Below, one piece after another: positions 16,368-25,836 of a stretch of 64,000 bases of DNA. The stretch's first letter is position 1, and every line of letters starts with the position of its first letter. Position numbers and translations under genes: made by a program. Location of the stretch: sequence record LR756511.1; one strand, written 5' to 3'. The notes beneath the pieces were generated by a model. It ran no database searches. It saw only the letters and a program-made list of their open reading frames with translations, and was not told the DNA's origin.

Positions 16368-18008
16368 ATGTGCAAATTCATATTTGTAGTAGGCGGCGTT
16401 ATTTCGGGTACAGGAAAAGGAATTGCTGGCGCTTCGATGGGAATGCTGCTGAAACAGCGAGGGCATGTTGTCCAAGCCATCAAATTCGATCCATACTTGA
16501 ATTCCAATGCTGGCGTTCTGTCTCCTAGAGAACATGGCGAAGTGTTCTTGTGTGACGACGGCAGTGAAACCGATCTTGATTTGGGCAGTTATGAACGAAT
16601 CATCGGCATTGATGTTTCGTCTCGAAACATTCTCACTAGCGGGACTCTCTATCGAGAATTATTTAAAGAGGAAGAAGAAGGAAAGTATCTTGGGCAAACC
16701 GTCCAAATTATTCCTCATCTAACCAATAAGATTCAAGACCGCCTTGTAGAGTTAGGCAAGCAAGCCGAAATAGTAATTTGTGAAATTGGCGGGACAGTCG
16801 GTGATATAGAAAGCGAACCTTACTTACGAGCGATCAGACAATTCAAACAGAAGAATTGGGATGATGTTCTAATCGTTTTGGTTGCGCCTATTTTGTGGAT
16901 TCCTACCATTAAGGAATTTAAGACGAAACCATTGCAGAATAGCGTAGAGAAACTGCATTCGTATGGCATTCAACCCGATATTTTACTTTGTCGTATTGAT
17001 AGAGAAATTCCACCGAAGCTATTAGACAAAGTTTCTAATATGACAAATGTGCCCCGCGAAGCGGTATTTGACGCTCCAGATGTGCAGACAATCTATCAGG
17101 TTCCTATTGAGCTTTATAACCGTCATGTCGATGATTTAATCGCAGACAAATTCCATTTAAAGCGGAATGGTTGCCGTATTCATAAGTATCGTGAGTTGGT
17201 GGAGAAGTACATTGGCAATGACCATATGGCGTCTGTCAATATTGGCATTGTTGGCAAGTATGACAATGAGGAAGCTTATTTGTCTTTAAAGGAAGCTATT
17301 TGCCATGCTGCTATTGCAAATGAAGTTAAGGTAAACATTAATTGGATCAATGCTAAGGAGCTTGAACAGGCTAAGGACATGCGCGGTGTATGGAAGTTCT
17401 TTGAGGATGTTAATGGGGTGATTGTTCCAGGCGGATTTGATTCGGCTGGCGTTGAGGGCAAGATTCGGGCAATCCGTTATGTTCGTGAGAAGAAGATTCC
17501 GTTCCTTGGAATTTGTTTAGGATTGCAATGTGCAGTGATTGAAGTGGCCCGCGACCTTTGTGGTTTAGAGGGTGCGAACAGCATTGAATTCGACAAGGAT
17601 ACGAAATATCCTGTCGTTCATTATGTCGAAGGTCAGGAAGCGATTAAGAAGAAATCAGGCACCATGAGGCTTGGCGCGTACGATTGTGAAATAGAATCCA
17701 AGGACACAATCGCATACGAAGTCTATAAGAAGAAATTGATTTCTGAACGGCACCGCCACCGCTATGAAGTGAATCCGCAATTCATTCAGGGGTTTGCCGA
17801 TAAGGGTTTTGTTGTTTCGGGGGCTAATCCAGAGACTAATTTGGTGGAGATTATGGAACTTAACAGGAGCCAGCATCCATTTTTTATTGGGACACAAGCA
17901 CACCCTGAATTCAAGAGCCGCCTTAGTTCGCCTGCTCCTTTGTTTGATTGGTTTATGAAGGCGGCTGCTAAACACAAGAGCGAAAAAGAGGAAGCCCATA
18001 CTACATAA
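16368..18008 (+). CDS. pyrG: CTP synthase
   Basis: GGVISGTGKG, KFDPYLN, DLDLG, EIGGTVGD, GICLG, RHRHRYE, HPEF. Confidence 0.97.
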   Translation: MCKFIFVVGGVISGTGKGIAGASMGMLLKQRGHVVQAIKFDPYLNSNAGVLSPREHGEVFLCDDGSETDLDLGSYERIIGIDVSSRNILTSGTLYRELFKEEEEGKYLGQTVQIIPHLTNKIQDRLVELGKQAEIVICEIGGTVGDIESEPYLRAIRQFKQKNWDDVLIVLVAPILWIPTIKEFKTKPLQNSVEKLHSYGIQPDILLCRIDREIPPKLLDKVSNMTNVPREAVFDAPDVQTIYQVPIELYNRHVDDLIADKFHLKRNGCRIHKYRELVEKYIGNDHMASVNIGIVGKYDNEEAYLSLKEAICHAAIANEVKVNINWINAKELEQAKDMRGVWKFFEDVNGVIVPGGFDSAGVEGKIRAIRYVREKKIPFLGICLGLQCAVIEVARDLCGLEGANSIEFDKDTKYPVVHYVEGQEAIKKKSGTMRLGAYDCEIESKDTIAYEVYKKKLISERHRHRYEVNPQFIQGFADKGFVVSGANPETNLVEIMELNRSQHPFFIGTQAHPEFKSRLSSPAPLFDWFMKAAAKHKSEKEEAHTT

Positions 18009-18012
18009 GTGT

Positions 18013-18474
18013 ATGGAATTTAAGAAGTTTTTAATCACAGAGCAAAAAGAATATTTGGCAGATAGAATCAATAATATTCTGACGGGCATTCATGAGTTGG
18101 TGCAGGCTGGAAAGCAAATGGGTGCGAAGCAGATGGTAAGAAATGCGGAGCATATTGCTAACCAGATTAGGAAGGTATTACATGCAAGTTGGCCACGTTC
18201 GGAACACAAATATTTGAGGGTTTTACAAGATTGCGGCGTGGCTTTAATGAAGGCTATTGACGATAAGGGTGATTTGCCTGAAGTGTTTAATAGTGTGAGA
18301 GCGGAGCTTGAAAAGTTGACACGTAAATTAGGCGTCCCAGCTAATCAGCTTGGCACGGGCGAGGAAGAAACGCCCCAACGTCCAGAAGGTCCACCGCCAG
18401 GGGCAGAAGCTGAACCGCCACAAATGCCTATGTCACCGCCAGGAGGAATGCCGAATCAAATGATGGGTCAATAA
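18013..18474 (+). CDS. Putative internal virion protein, Pro-rich C-terminus
   Basis: MEFKKFLITE CTS-like N-terminus. Confidence 0.7.
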   Translation: MEFKKFLITEQKEYLADRINNILTGIHELVQAGKQMGAKQMVRNAEHIANQIRKVLHASWPRSEHKYLRVLQDCGVALMKAIDDKGDLPEVFNSVRAELEKLTRKLGVPANQLGTGEEETPQRPEGPPPGAEAEPPQMPMSPPGGMPNQMMGQ

Positions 18475-18884
18475 TGGATAAATATGCAGTAGATAAAATT
18501 GTAGCTAGATATTTCATTACAGCCGATAGGAATTTTCATCATCATCCTGATTGTAGAATTGGCATTCGTGGTTTGCGTAAGATTTTTTGCAGTTGTGGCT
18601 TATTGCATGACTTGAAGCATCTTGACCATGCGTTTGCAAAATTACTTTATCCTAGATATCATGATGATCTTAATTTACAGGAATTCGGCATTAAAGGGAA
18701 AAAAGCAGCTTTGCCAATTTACACAGGGGAGAGCATTAATCGCCTATCCTTTAAGGACATTAAAAGCAAGCATGATGAATATAGAGCTATAATTAAATTC
18801 ATTTTTCCTAGAAAGACCGATTGCCCTGCTGTATTTAAACGGTTAGAGGAATGGTTGAAGGCAGAACTTGAGAAACCTGTGTAA
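18474..18884 (+). CDS. Hypothetical protein, 136 aa
   Basis: TAATG coupling; H/C cluster HHHPDC...CSCG. Confidence 0.6.
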   Translation: MDKYAVDKIVARYFITADRNFHHHPDCRIGIRGLRKIFCSCGLLHDLKHLDHAFAKLLYPRYHDDLNLQEFGIKGKKAALPIYTGESINRLSFKDIKSKHDEYRAIIKFIFPRKTDCPAVFKRLEEWLKAELEKPV

Positions 18885-18885
18885 T

Positions 18886-19368
18886 TCAACCTTCGTTTTC
18901 TTCCTCTTCTAAGTGTTCCAAGACTTCGGCCACGCCTTCGATAGTAATTTTCCCAATCTTCTGTAGTTCAGCGAGCAATTTCGCTTGGGTTGCTGCAAGG
19001 AACTTCACGTCCTCTTTGATTTGATGGGAAAGTGATTCAATCTCCTCTTCGTGAGCAATATCCTGTTCTACAAGTTCTTTTAGTTCTAAAAAAATTGCTC
19101 GATAGGCGATGTCTTGTTTCTTTTCGGCGCGATTCTGGCTCATCATGATAAATGGAGCTTGAAACGCGGCGATGAAACTGAGAACCAAATTTAAAAGAAT
19201 GAATGGGTAAGGATCGAAGTGATAGTCGCTAAGAGCCGCAATAGAATTAAATACAATCCATCCAGCCAATATAGAGCCAAACAGGAGAATAAACTTCCAT
19301 GATCCTGCAAATTCAGCTATATCGTCTGCTATTCTTTCACCAAATGTCCTATCATCTCTTAAAGGCAC
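18886..19368 (-). CDS. DUF1003-like membrane protein
   Basis: TFGERIAD..FAGSW, FDPYPFILLNL, QAPFIMMSQNR. Confidence 0.85.
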   Translation of the reverse strand: MPLRDDRTFGERIADDIAEFAGSWKFILLFGSILAGWIVFNSIAALSDYHFDPYPFILLNLVLSFIAAFQAPFIMMSQNRAEKKQDIAYRAIFLELKELVEQDIAHEEEIESLSHQIKEDVKFLAATQAKLLAELQKIGKITIEGVAEVLEHLEEEENEG

Positions 19369-19433
19369 ACTATAATTATAATTATTTTGTCAATTATTTG
19401 TCTATTGCGCTTCTTAAAAAACTATGATATTAT

Positions 19434-19958
19434 ATGGAAGATTTCTTTACAGAAGACGATTTTATGACGCCGAAGAAGAAAAAAATAAATTCTGGCGGTA
19501 AGGGAAAACGCCGTGAACGAGAGATTGTGAAAATATTGAACGAGCGTTTCAATACGACGGAGTTTTCTAGAACAATTGGATCGGGTGCCCGAATTCATCA
19601 AGTGGGTCATTTACCCAAGCACGCTCAGGATACATTTACAGGCGATTTGGTGACACCAGCCAACTTCGCCTTCTCGATTGAAAGCAAAGGTGGATATGAT
19701 GACGTTGATCTAGTATCCGCCTTTGATGAAGGCCATGCGCAGCTTGACGAATTTATTAAACAAGCGGAACATGATGCGGGTGCAAGCAATCGCAAGCCGC
19801 TTCTTGTGTGGAAGAAAAGCCGCAAACCCCGCCTTGGGTTCATGAAGACGGTCGATCTTCCACACATGAATTGGCAATACCGTCTTGTTTACAGAGAGTG
19901 GTCAGCGGTTTCCTTTGACGAATTGCTTAAAGAACCAGATTCTTTTTGGTTTACGTGA
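19434..19958 (+). CDS. Holliday junction resolvase-like PD-(D/E)xK nuclease
   Basis: KGKRREREI, TGDL, IESK, PLLVWK. Confidence 0.75.
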   Translation: MEDFFTEDDFMTPKKKKINSGGKGKRREREIVKILNERFNTTEFSRTIGSGARIHQVGHLPKHAQDTFTGDLVTPANFAFSIESKGGYDDVDLVSAFDEGHAQLDEFIKQAEHDAGASNRKPLLVWKKSRKPRLGFMKTVDLPHMNWQYRLVYREWSAVSFDELLKEPDSFWFT

Positions 19959-20443
19959 TGCTTTGAGTATTGGTTGTGATGTTCTTGAACCATGTTCTTG
20001 TAGCTATCACTCCATTCGAAAATATCTTCTATTGCGGGCTTAAACCCATAGTCCATATCCTTGCCACGCACGTAGAAACGAATAGCGGTGACGGTTCGAC
20101 GGTAAACCTCCCGTGTGTTACGGCGGCTGTTACGAATTAACCATTCCCAAAGGACGTGGCATGGATCGGATGGACCCTGATACTGCCGCTTGGCGACTGC
20201 CTCAACAAACGGAGCCATCTTGTCTTTGCCATACCAAAGGATTGCTTTGCCGAGAGCGCCACAGACGCCGACGCTGAGAGACTTCGGTAAAGTCTCTTCA
20301 ATATATCGAATAGTATCGGCGTAGGTTTTCTTAAACTCGTCAACATCTTCGCGCGTGCCCGCTAGATTGCAATGGGCTTTACCGTTGCAGCCCTTCATCA
20401 TTTGATTTGCAATCATTTCGAAACGGTCAGGCTTGGGTGGCAT
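19889..20443 (-). CDS. Paralog of the C-terminal domain of the DGQHR protein at 23312
   Basis: GKAILWYG..PFVE..DP..LW.WL..DIFEW aligns with GKSLLWWG..PFVE..DP..LY.WL..DVFEW. Confidence 0.7.
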   Translation of the reverse strand: MPPKPDRFEMIANQMMKGCNGKAHCNLAGTREDVDEFKKTYADTIRYIEETLPKSLSVGVCGALGKAILWYGKDKMAPFVEAVAKRQYQGPSDPCHVLWEWLIRNSRRNTREVYRRTVTAIRFYVRGKDMDYGFKPAIEDIFEWSDSYKNMVQEHHNQYSKHHVNQKESGSLSNSSKETADHSL

Positions 20444-20452
20444 TGGACCCTC

Positions 20453-21733
20453 CTATTCGTAGTCACGGAGTCTAAAGGTCTTGCTGTTGTTTGGAATATA
20501 CCCGCGAGAGGCACGATCCGTTAAGAACCAATGCCAGCGATCAGCGTGTTCAGGATTAACATGCGTCCCCTTTCCATCTGTCATGATGAATACGGCTTCT
20601 GGATATGCCGCTTTTTCTCGTTGCTTTAACTTCTGAATGTTCGTCTCAATAATACCGAAATTGGTTCCACCACCGCCCTTAATTTTCTTCTTGGTCAAAT
20701 CCAATTCGGTTATTTTTGTATCAAAACAAAAGCAGCGAACATCAAATCTCTCTTTGGGCAAAGACAAGGCAGCACGGAAGAAACGATCCTTTAAATGAAT
20801 GCAGGAGCCAGAGCTATCCAGGTAAAGGTGGACTGGAATCCTATCAAAGTCTTTCGCGTCGTCTTCCATTTCGCTTGGTAAGAAAATGTCGGACGGCAAC
20901 AATTCGAAACGACGGGCAATTCTCGCCCATTGTTCGTTTTCGTCCAACCCTTCTTTCATGTACTTTAAACTCCACTGGCGAATGACCGTTTCCCACTTCC
21001 TTTTTTTCTGAATCTTTCCTACGTTAACGAACTTCCATCCACCATAACCATCGCCCGCCTCTTCATCAGGCGTATCGCTATTTACTTCTTTTTCCTTCTG
21101 GTAATGCTTTTCAATTACATTCTTAATGGACTCTTTTTCTTCCTGAGAAAGACGACCATTGAGTTTTTCAATTACCTTCTTGGCGCGGCCATGAAGCGAG
21201 GAGTGATCGTCCACCGTGAAAACATCAATGGTGATGATCTTCGCTTCTGGAATCATTTGGTAGTAGTATTCATACGATTCATCCGTTGGGATTGTCGCTA
21301 GGTCTTCCCGATCTTTGAAAATCGTATCGGTCCAACACAACGTAGCGGCATCCCGAATTCGTGAGCGGTCGAATCCGAATGCGAATATCAACAAATGATT
21401 CACTACGATATCCAGCGACCAATTGATTCGCTGCATATCTTCATGTCGCGTTGTTCGAATGCCGTGATTTAAAACCACATGAAGGCATTCATGACAAATT
21501 ACAAATAGTCTTTCATATGGCGTAAGGCTTTCCCAATAGACAGGGTTAAAAACAAACTCCACGAATTCGCCCGCTTCAGAGAAGCGGACAGCGGCAGTAG
21601 GAATCTCGTCCGTGAAATTTGGAAGACCCATCTGCCACATCTCGTAAAAGAGGGCATGATGGTCTTCCAAATCCTGACTAATCTTAATCCATTCTGCCGT
21701 AGTTAACTTCAATTCTGCTTTAGTTGAATTCAT
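20453..21733 (-). CDS. DUF2201-like metallopeptidase-vWA protein
   Basis: CHECLH (HExxH); LDSSGS MIDAS, GGGTNF, TDG. Confidence 0.85.
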   Translation of the reverse strand: MNSTKAELKLTTAEWIKISQDLEDHHALFYEMWQMGLPNFTDEIPTAAVRFSEAGEFVEFVFNPVYWESLTPYERLFVICHECLHVVLNHGIRTTRHEDMQRINWSLDIVVNHLLIFAFGFDRSRIRDAATLCWTDTIFKDREDLATIPTDESYEYYYQMIPEAKIITIDVFTVDDHSSLHGRAKKVIEKLNGRLSQEEKESIKNVIEKHYQKEKEVNSDTPDEEAGDGYGGWKFVNVGKIQKKRKWETVIRQWSLKYMKEGLDENEQWARIARRFELLPSDIFLPSEMEDDAKDFDRIPVHLYLDSSGSCIHLKDRFFRAALSLPKERFDVRCFCFDTKITELDLTKKKIKGGGGTNFGIIETNIQKLKQREKAAYPEAVFIMTDGKGTHVNPEHADRWHWFLTDRASRGYIPNNSKTFRLRDYE

Positions 21734-23211
21734 GGTGTAGGCTGCGGCACCTTTTTAGCTGGGCGATATAACTTGTTATCCATGCCAGCGTCCCGCAATT
21801 TCTCAGTTAATTGACGGAACTTCTGTCCCCAATTGGTCATGATTTCCCGCCAACCTAAGTTGGTAGCTTTGTGAATCTGGTCAATACAATGATTCACCAT
21901 GCCGACAAAGTTACCATAATCCTTGAGCGTGCTAGCATGAGAGCGAGACGCAATGAGATTAAGTATCTCTAGTGTGTCTACCGCTTCATTTTGGCTAAGC
22001 AAGGGCGGCAACGAATCGCGGATGTTGTCGAAGATTAGCTTTCGTTGCGGGGTTGTATTCATCGGTTCAGCCATCCATTTTGTTAGCTGAGCCGTCCACG
22101 GCACGCTTGAGCCGCGCTTGCTGAAGTATGGCTTTTCCGCTTGTGATCCTTGTCCTAAAGCAGCAAAGGCTGGATTATCTTCCATTTCCTTTCGAATTCT
22201 TCGTGCCAAAACTTTATCGGTTTTTGTGTTTAAGATATCGTTAATTGCACGGCGGAAGATCGGAACCGTGTCGCAATTAGCCATAATTAATTTATAAGCC
22301 TCTTCATTAGAGGCAAACATTGCCATCAACTTTTCAGTCGGAATAGCGGTGAGGAAGAACAGCCGCCAATCCTTCGCGTCAACGTCATTAGGCAATTCGT
22401 CGCACAAGTAATTTACGGCGGCAGCGTAGTTATTTTCCACGCTCAAGAATTGCTTGGCGTTTGCTGGGCTTTTTTGGGTAAACAATTCTTTCAAACGATC
22501 TTCAACGGGACCGTTCTTTAAAGCCTGCGCCAGTTTCGAAGGGTTTGTTTCGGGAGGCAGAACATCCTTGATGTTGCCGCCTTCAAGGTTGAACATATCG
22601 AGCGCATATTCCAATCGGCGGGGGCTTACTTCCATCTGGTGTTCTTCCCTTAAAGCCTTCCACCACTCAATAGCGGCGCGAGCTTTCTTCGAATCATACT
22701 TATCTTTAAAGAATTCGAAGCAAGGCTCATAAGGCACACCGATGCGAACATGAAAGCGATCTTTTTGTGCCTTATCTAGAGCCTCAACCTGATACTCGCC
22801 TTCATCTTCGGGGTTGATTGCCGCCCAAATGATTTTTAAATTCTTAAAGGGGCGACCGTTTATTGTCTTAAATTGAAGAAGTTCCATGACCGCATTGCGC
22901 ACTTTTTTGTGGCTACGGTTGAACTCATCCATGTAGATTGCATCAATTGTATCGTCCCGCATGTCGCGCGGGAGAATATAATCAAGATATGGTCCCTTTT
23001 CATCGCTAACGACTTTCGGCACCCCAATGAAATCGCACCAGGGGTCCATAGTCGCGGCGCTGAAATACTTGAAGCGAAGGTTGTTTCTTTTAAAAGCGTC
23101 AAGAATTCTGGTTGTCTTCCCTGAGCCATAATGACCGATGAACAGAACATTGAGATTGTTCTTAATCCAGAAGTCCAGCTTTTCGTCTCTTAGCTCACGA
23201 ATAATGTGCAT
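21730..23211 (-). CDS. MoxR-like AAA+ ATPase
   Basis: GHYGSGKT, YMDEFNR, AAINP, DRF; 4-nt overlap with the vWA gene. Confidence 0.88.
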   Translation of the reverse strand: MHIIRELRDEKLDFWIKNNLNVLFIGHYGSGKTTRILDAFKRNNLRFKYFSAATMDPWCDFIGVPKVVSDEKGPYLDYILPRDMRDDTIDAIYMDEFNRSHKKVRNAVMELLQFKTINGRPFKNLKIIWAAINPEDEGEYQVEALDKAQKDRFHVRIGVPYEPCFEFFKDKYDSKKARAAIEWWKALREEHQMEVSPRRLEYALDMFNLEGGNIKDVLPPETNPSKLAQALKNGPVEDRLKELFTQKSPANAKQFLSVENNYAAAVNYLCDELPNDVDAKDWRLFFLTAIPTEKLMAMFASNEEAYKLIMANCDTVPIFRRAINDILNTKTDKVLARRIRKEMEDNPAFAALGQGSQAEKPYFSKRGSSVPWTAQLTKWMAEPMNTTPQRKLIFDNIRDSLPPLLSQNEAVDTLEILNLIASRSHASTLKDYGNFVGMVNHCIDQIHKATNLGWREIMTNWGQKFRQLTEKLRDAGMDNKLYRPAKKVPQPTP

Positions 23212-23266
23212 GGCGCTCCTTTCGATTGTATTCTCTACTACACTATACTACAAAAGCGGCCAAAGT

Positions 23267-23296
23267 AAAAGGGGAGGGCGCAACCCCTCCCCTTTT
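23267..23296. terminator. Intrinsic terminator
   Basis: AAAAGGGGAGGG stem with CCCTCCCCTTTT. Confidence 0.75.
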
Positions 23297-23311
23297 GTAT
23301 ACAAAGGAACA

Positions 23312-24571
23312 TCATGCCGTCTGCTGTGCTTCATCCTCTGGCGGCGTGTCGTCACGCAGGAAGACTTTGCCCTGACACGGTGCGTCTTCTGGAACTTCCC
23401 ATCCAGGCAACCACTCAAACACATCCTGATCGCGTGCTACAACTTTCTTCGCGTCACGCTTCATTGCATGAGCCGTGATAGCGCCAAGTGCCTTCTTATA
23501 GTAAATAACTGGTCCAACATATGCACTCTGCCGTCCTTGCTTTCGGGAATTCTGTAACCAAACATAAAGTGCCTTTGCGGGATCACCTTCCCCACAGAAT
23601 TGAATCGTGCGAAGGCGTTCGACAAACGGCCCCACAACCGCTTCGCCCCACCAAAGAAGCGATTTGCCGATTACCGCCTGCAAGTCAGCACGGTGCGATT
23701 TCATTGCCTGGAAGGTCCAATTAACGACCTTCTTGTGCTTGAGCATAAAGTCTGCGATTTCACTTTCTGTATATCTAATTCCACGATTCGTTAGACCGCC
23801 CATCATAGAACGGCATAGTGCTGCCGTCTTATGGGTCATCTTAAGATCGGGGAATAACATGGCTAGCTTTTCAGCGGCGCCACGCTTGTTACCTGAGTCC
23901 GTTGCATAAATGCCTGATGGGGGCACATTCCAGGTAACATAGATCGGCCACGGCACGCCAGCCTTAATAATGGCCAACGCACGATGCTGCCCATCGTGCA
24001 TGTTGCCTAGTTTATTGATAGCAATAGACTCATGCGTTTGTAACCAACGGTGATTCTGAATATCGCGTCGTAAGGCGTCAATATGTCCCGTAATAATCTT
24101 GCGATTAATAGGATTCCATTTAAGCAATTCTTCCGCCATTTCAGGCGAGATATAAACGAATTGACTGTACTGATTTGCTACTCGCGGGTATTGGAACCAC
24201 GGTTTCTTATAACCGTCCTGTTCCGCGCACTTAAGATAATAGTCGCGGTTTTCCAGCGCAAGCCGCCATTCTTCCGCATCGCAAGTGGACGGGCATTCGG
24301 GCCAGTCAAGAGAGGTGATAATGGCGGGAACAGCAGTGACGACAGGAGGAGCAATGGCAAGAGGCAAGTCGGACTGCATTGGAATCGAAGGCTGGATATC
24401 GTCGTCTACCATTGGTTCGCCCATCTTTTGCATCATCAAACGCTCGATGTGCATACCAATGGTGCGCTGAACGCCTTCGCCATTTCGCAAATCCCGTTGC
24501 AGGGCAGCTTGTTCACGTCTTTTTTGAGCTTCCAAACGACGCGCTTGCCGTTGGCGGGATCGCTTTGACAT
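23312..24571 (-). CDS. ParB-like/DGQHR-motif protein
   Basis: NRKI..HI.., HESIAI, HDGQHRALAII, DSGNKR; AGGAG RBS. Confidence 0.8.
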   Translation of the reverse strand: MSKRSRQRQARRLEAQKRREQAALQRDLRNGEGVQRTIGMHIERLMMQKMGEPMVDDDIQPSIPMQSDLPLAIAPPVVTAVPAIITSLDWPECPSTCDAEEWRLALENRDYYLKCAEQDGYKKPWFQYPRVANQYSQFVYISPEMAEELLKWNPINRKIITGHIDALRRDIQNHRWLQTHESIAINKLGNMHDGQHRALAIIKAGVPWPIYVTWNVPPSGIYATDSGNKRGAAEKLAMLFPDLKMTHKTAALCRSMMGGLTNRGIRYTESEIADFMLKHKKVVNWTFQAMKSHRADLQAVIGKSLLWWGEAVVGPFVERLRTIQFCGEGDPAKALYVWLQNSRKQGRQSAYVGPVIYYKKALGAITAHAMKRDAKKVVARDQDVFEWLPGWEVPEDAPCQGKVFLRDDTPPEDEAQQTA

Positions 24572-24718
24572 TGCCTTCTCCTAGTTTGGGGGTTTGCCTT
24601 ATCGCTAGGTTCACAAATCCTTTGTGAACACATACCCAACATACTATGTTTTTCGGCAAAGGTAAAAGGATACCCAAGAAAATTTTTTCTGTGAACAAAA
24701 GAACACTATGGGCTATTT

Positions 24719-25465
24719 TTAAGAATAAACCTGGAACTGATTTGTGTCACTAAGATAGACGTTATCGCCAAAATCTAGCTCAAAGAAAATATCGTAAATG
24801 CCGCAGTCAAACTGAGTTGTGTCTATTTTATAAAATCCCCTGTTCTTCTCACGGTATTGGGCTGGCTGTCTATCTACAACGGTTCTCAAATCGGTTTCAC
24901 AAGGTACGCAGTCACCGCATTTTTGAGTTATAGTTACAAACAGTTGTGCCGATATTGCTAAATTCTCATAGTAGGCACAAAGATCGGTTGCTCGCGGGAC
25001 ATTTGGGATAATTTCAATTTCTATCCACTTCTTCTCTCCATATTTCATGCGATTAGGCTGGAAGTAGAAGCTGAAATCATAAACAATCGGAATCGGAGTG
25101 GTATACCAAAGCTCTGAATAAATTTGGAATAGTTGGTCATGATTTGCGGGAGTATCACCAGTAACAAAAATCACTTCCCATTCATCAATGTATCGCCCAA
25201 CTTCGGTATAAATAAGCGGATCAAGGAACAAATCTATATAATACTCGCCAGTGGTCGGATTCTGAACACTGCCACCTGGGACTGTCTGTACTAATACACG
25301 TCCATCTGGATTTGCGCAACTAACTTGTGTTGGATCAAGATAATAAATCCTAACCTGATTAATTGCTTGTACTTCGGCAAAGTTGTTTGAGTTTAAGACA
25401 AAAAACTCTAAACGGACGGTATCAGATATAGTTGGGTTTTGGTATCGTTGTTTAAATGCTGCCAT
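24719..25465 (-). CDS. Putative virion structural protein, 248 aa
   Basis: Beta-rich composition; lies in the tail-gene region. Confidence 0.55.
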   Translation of the reverse strand: MAAFKQRYQNPTISDTVRLEFFVLNSNNFAEVQAINQVRIYYLDPTQVSCANPDGRVLVQTVPGGSVQNPTTGEYYIDLFLDPLIYTEVGRYIDEWEVIFVTGDTPANHDQLFQIYSELWYTTPIPIVYDFSFYFQPNRMKYGEKKWIEIEIIPNVPRATDLCAYYENLAISAQLFVTITQKCGDCVPCETDLRTVVDRQPAQYREKNRGFYKIDTTQFDCGIYDIFFELDFGDNVYLSDTNQFQVYS

Positions 25466-25715
25466 CTTTCGCTTTCCTGCTACTTATGTATTTACTAACA
25501 TTATTGGCAATTTGCTCGATTCTAGCCCAACGTTCTTCTATTTTTTGTCGGTTTGCACGCTTTTGTAACCAATGATTCTTAAAACCGCTATCACTAGTAC
25601 TCATACTATAAGCAAGTTCGTAGATTTCTGCCGTTGTCATGCCAGCATAGTATCTTAAAAACCACACCGCATCCAAAGTGCTATTTCTTATTCTTGGCTT
25701 TCTCGATGTACTCAT
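25452..25715 (-). CDS. Hypothetical protein
   Basis: ORF overlapping neighbours; start uncertain (25736 or 25715). Confidence 0.45.
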   Translation of the reverse strand: MSTSRKPRIRNSTLDAVWFLRYYAGMTTAEIYELAYSMSTSDSGFKNHWLQKRANRQKIEERWARIEQIANNVSKYISSRKAKDGSI

Positions 25716-25836
25716 GTTCTCTTTCCTTTTGTTCAATAAACTTATGTATGATGTATTTACGTTCGTTTATTGGGTATTGCAGGAAATCCTTCCTCCCCAC
25801 ATGAAGATGGTAGAGGAAGAAAAACTGCTCATCCAT
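25681..25836 (-). CDS. Tail assembly chaperone distal part (T-frame/gp51-like)
   Basis: FFLYHLH..FLQYPINERKYII motif; TAATG coupling; frame also open through the slippery site to 25950. Confidence 0.65.
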   Translation of the reverse strand: MDEQFFFLYHLHVGRKDFLQYPINERKYIIHKFIEQKEREHEYIEKAKNKK

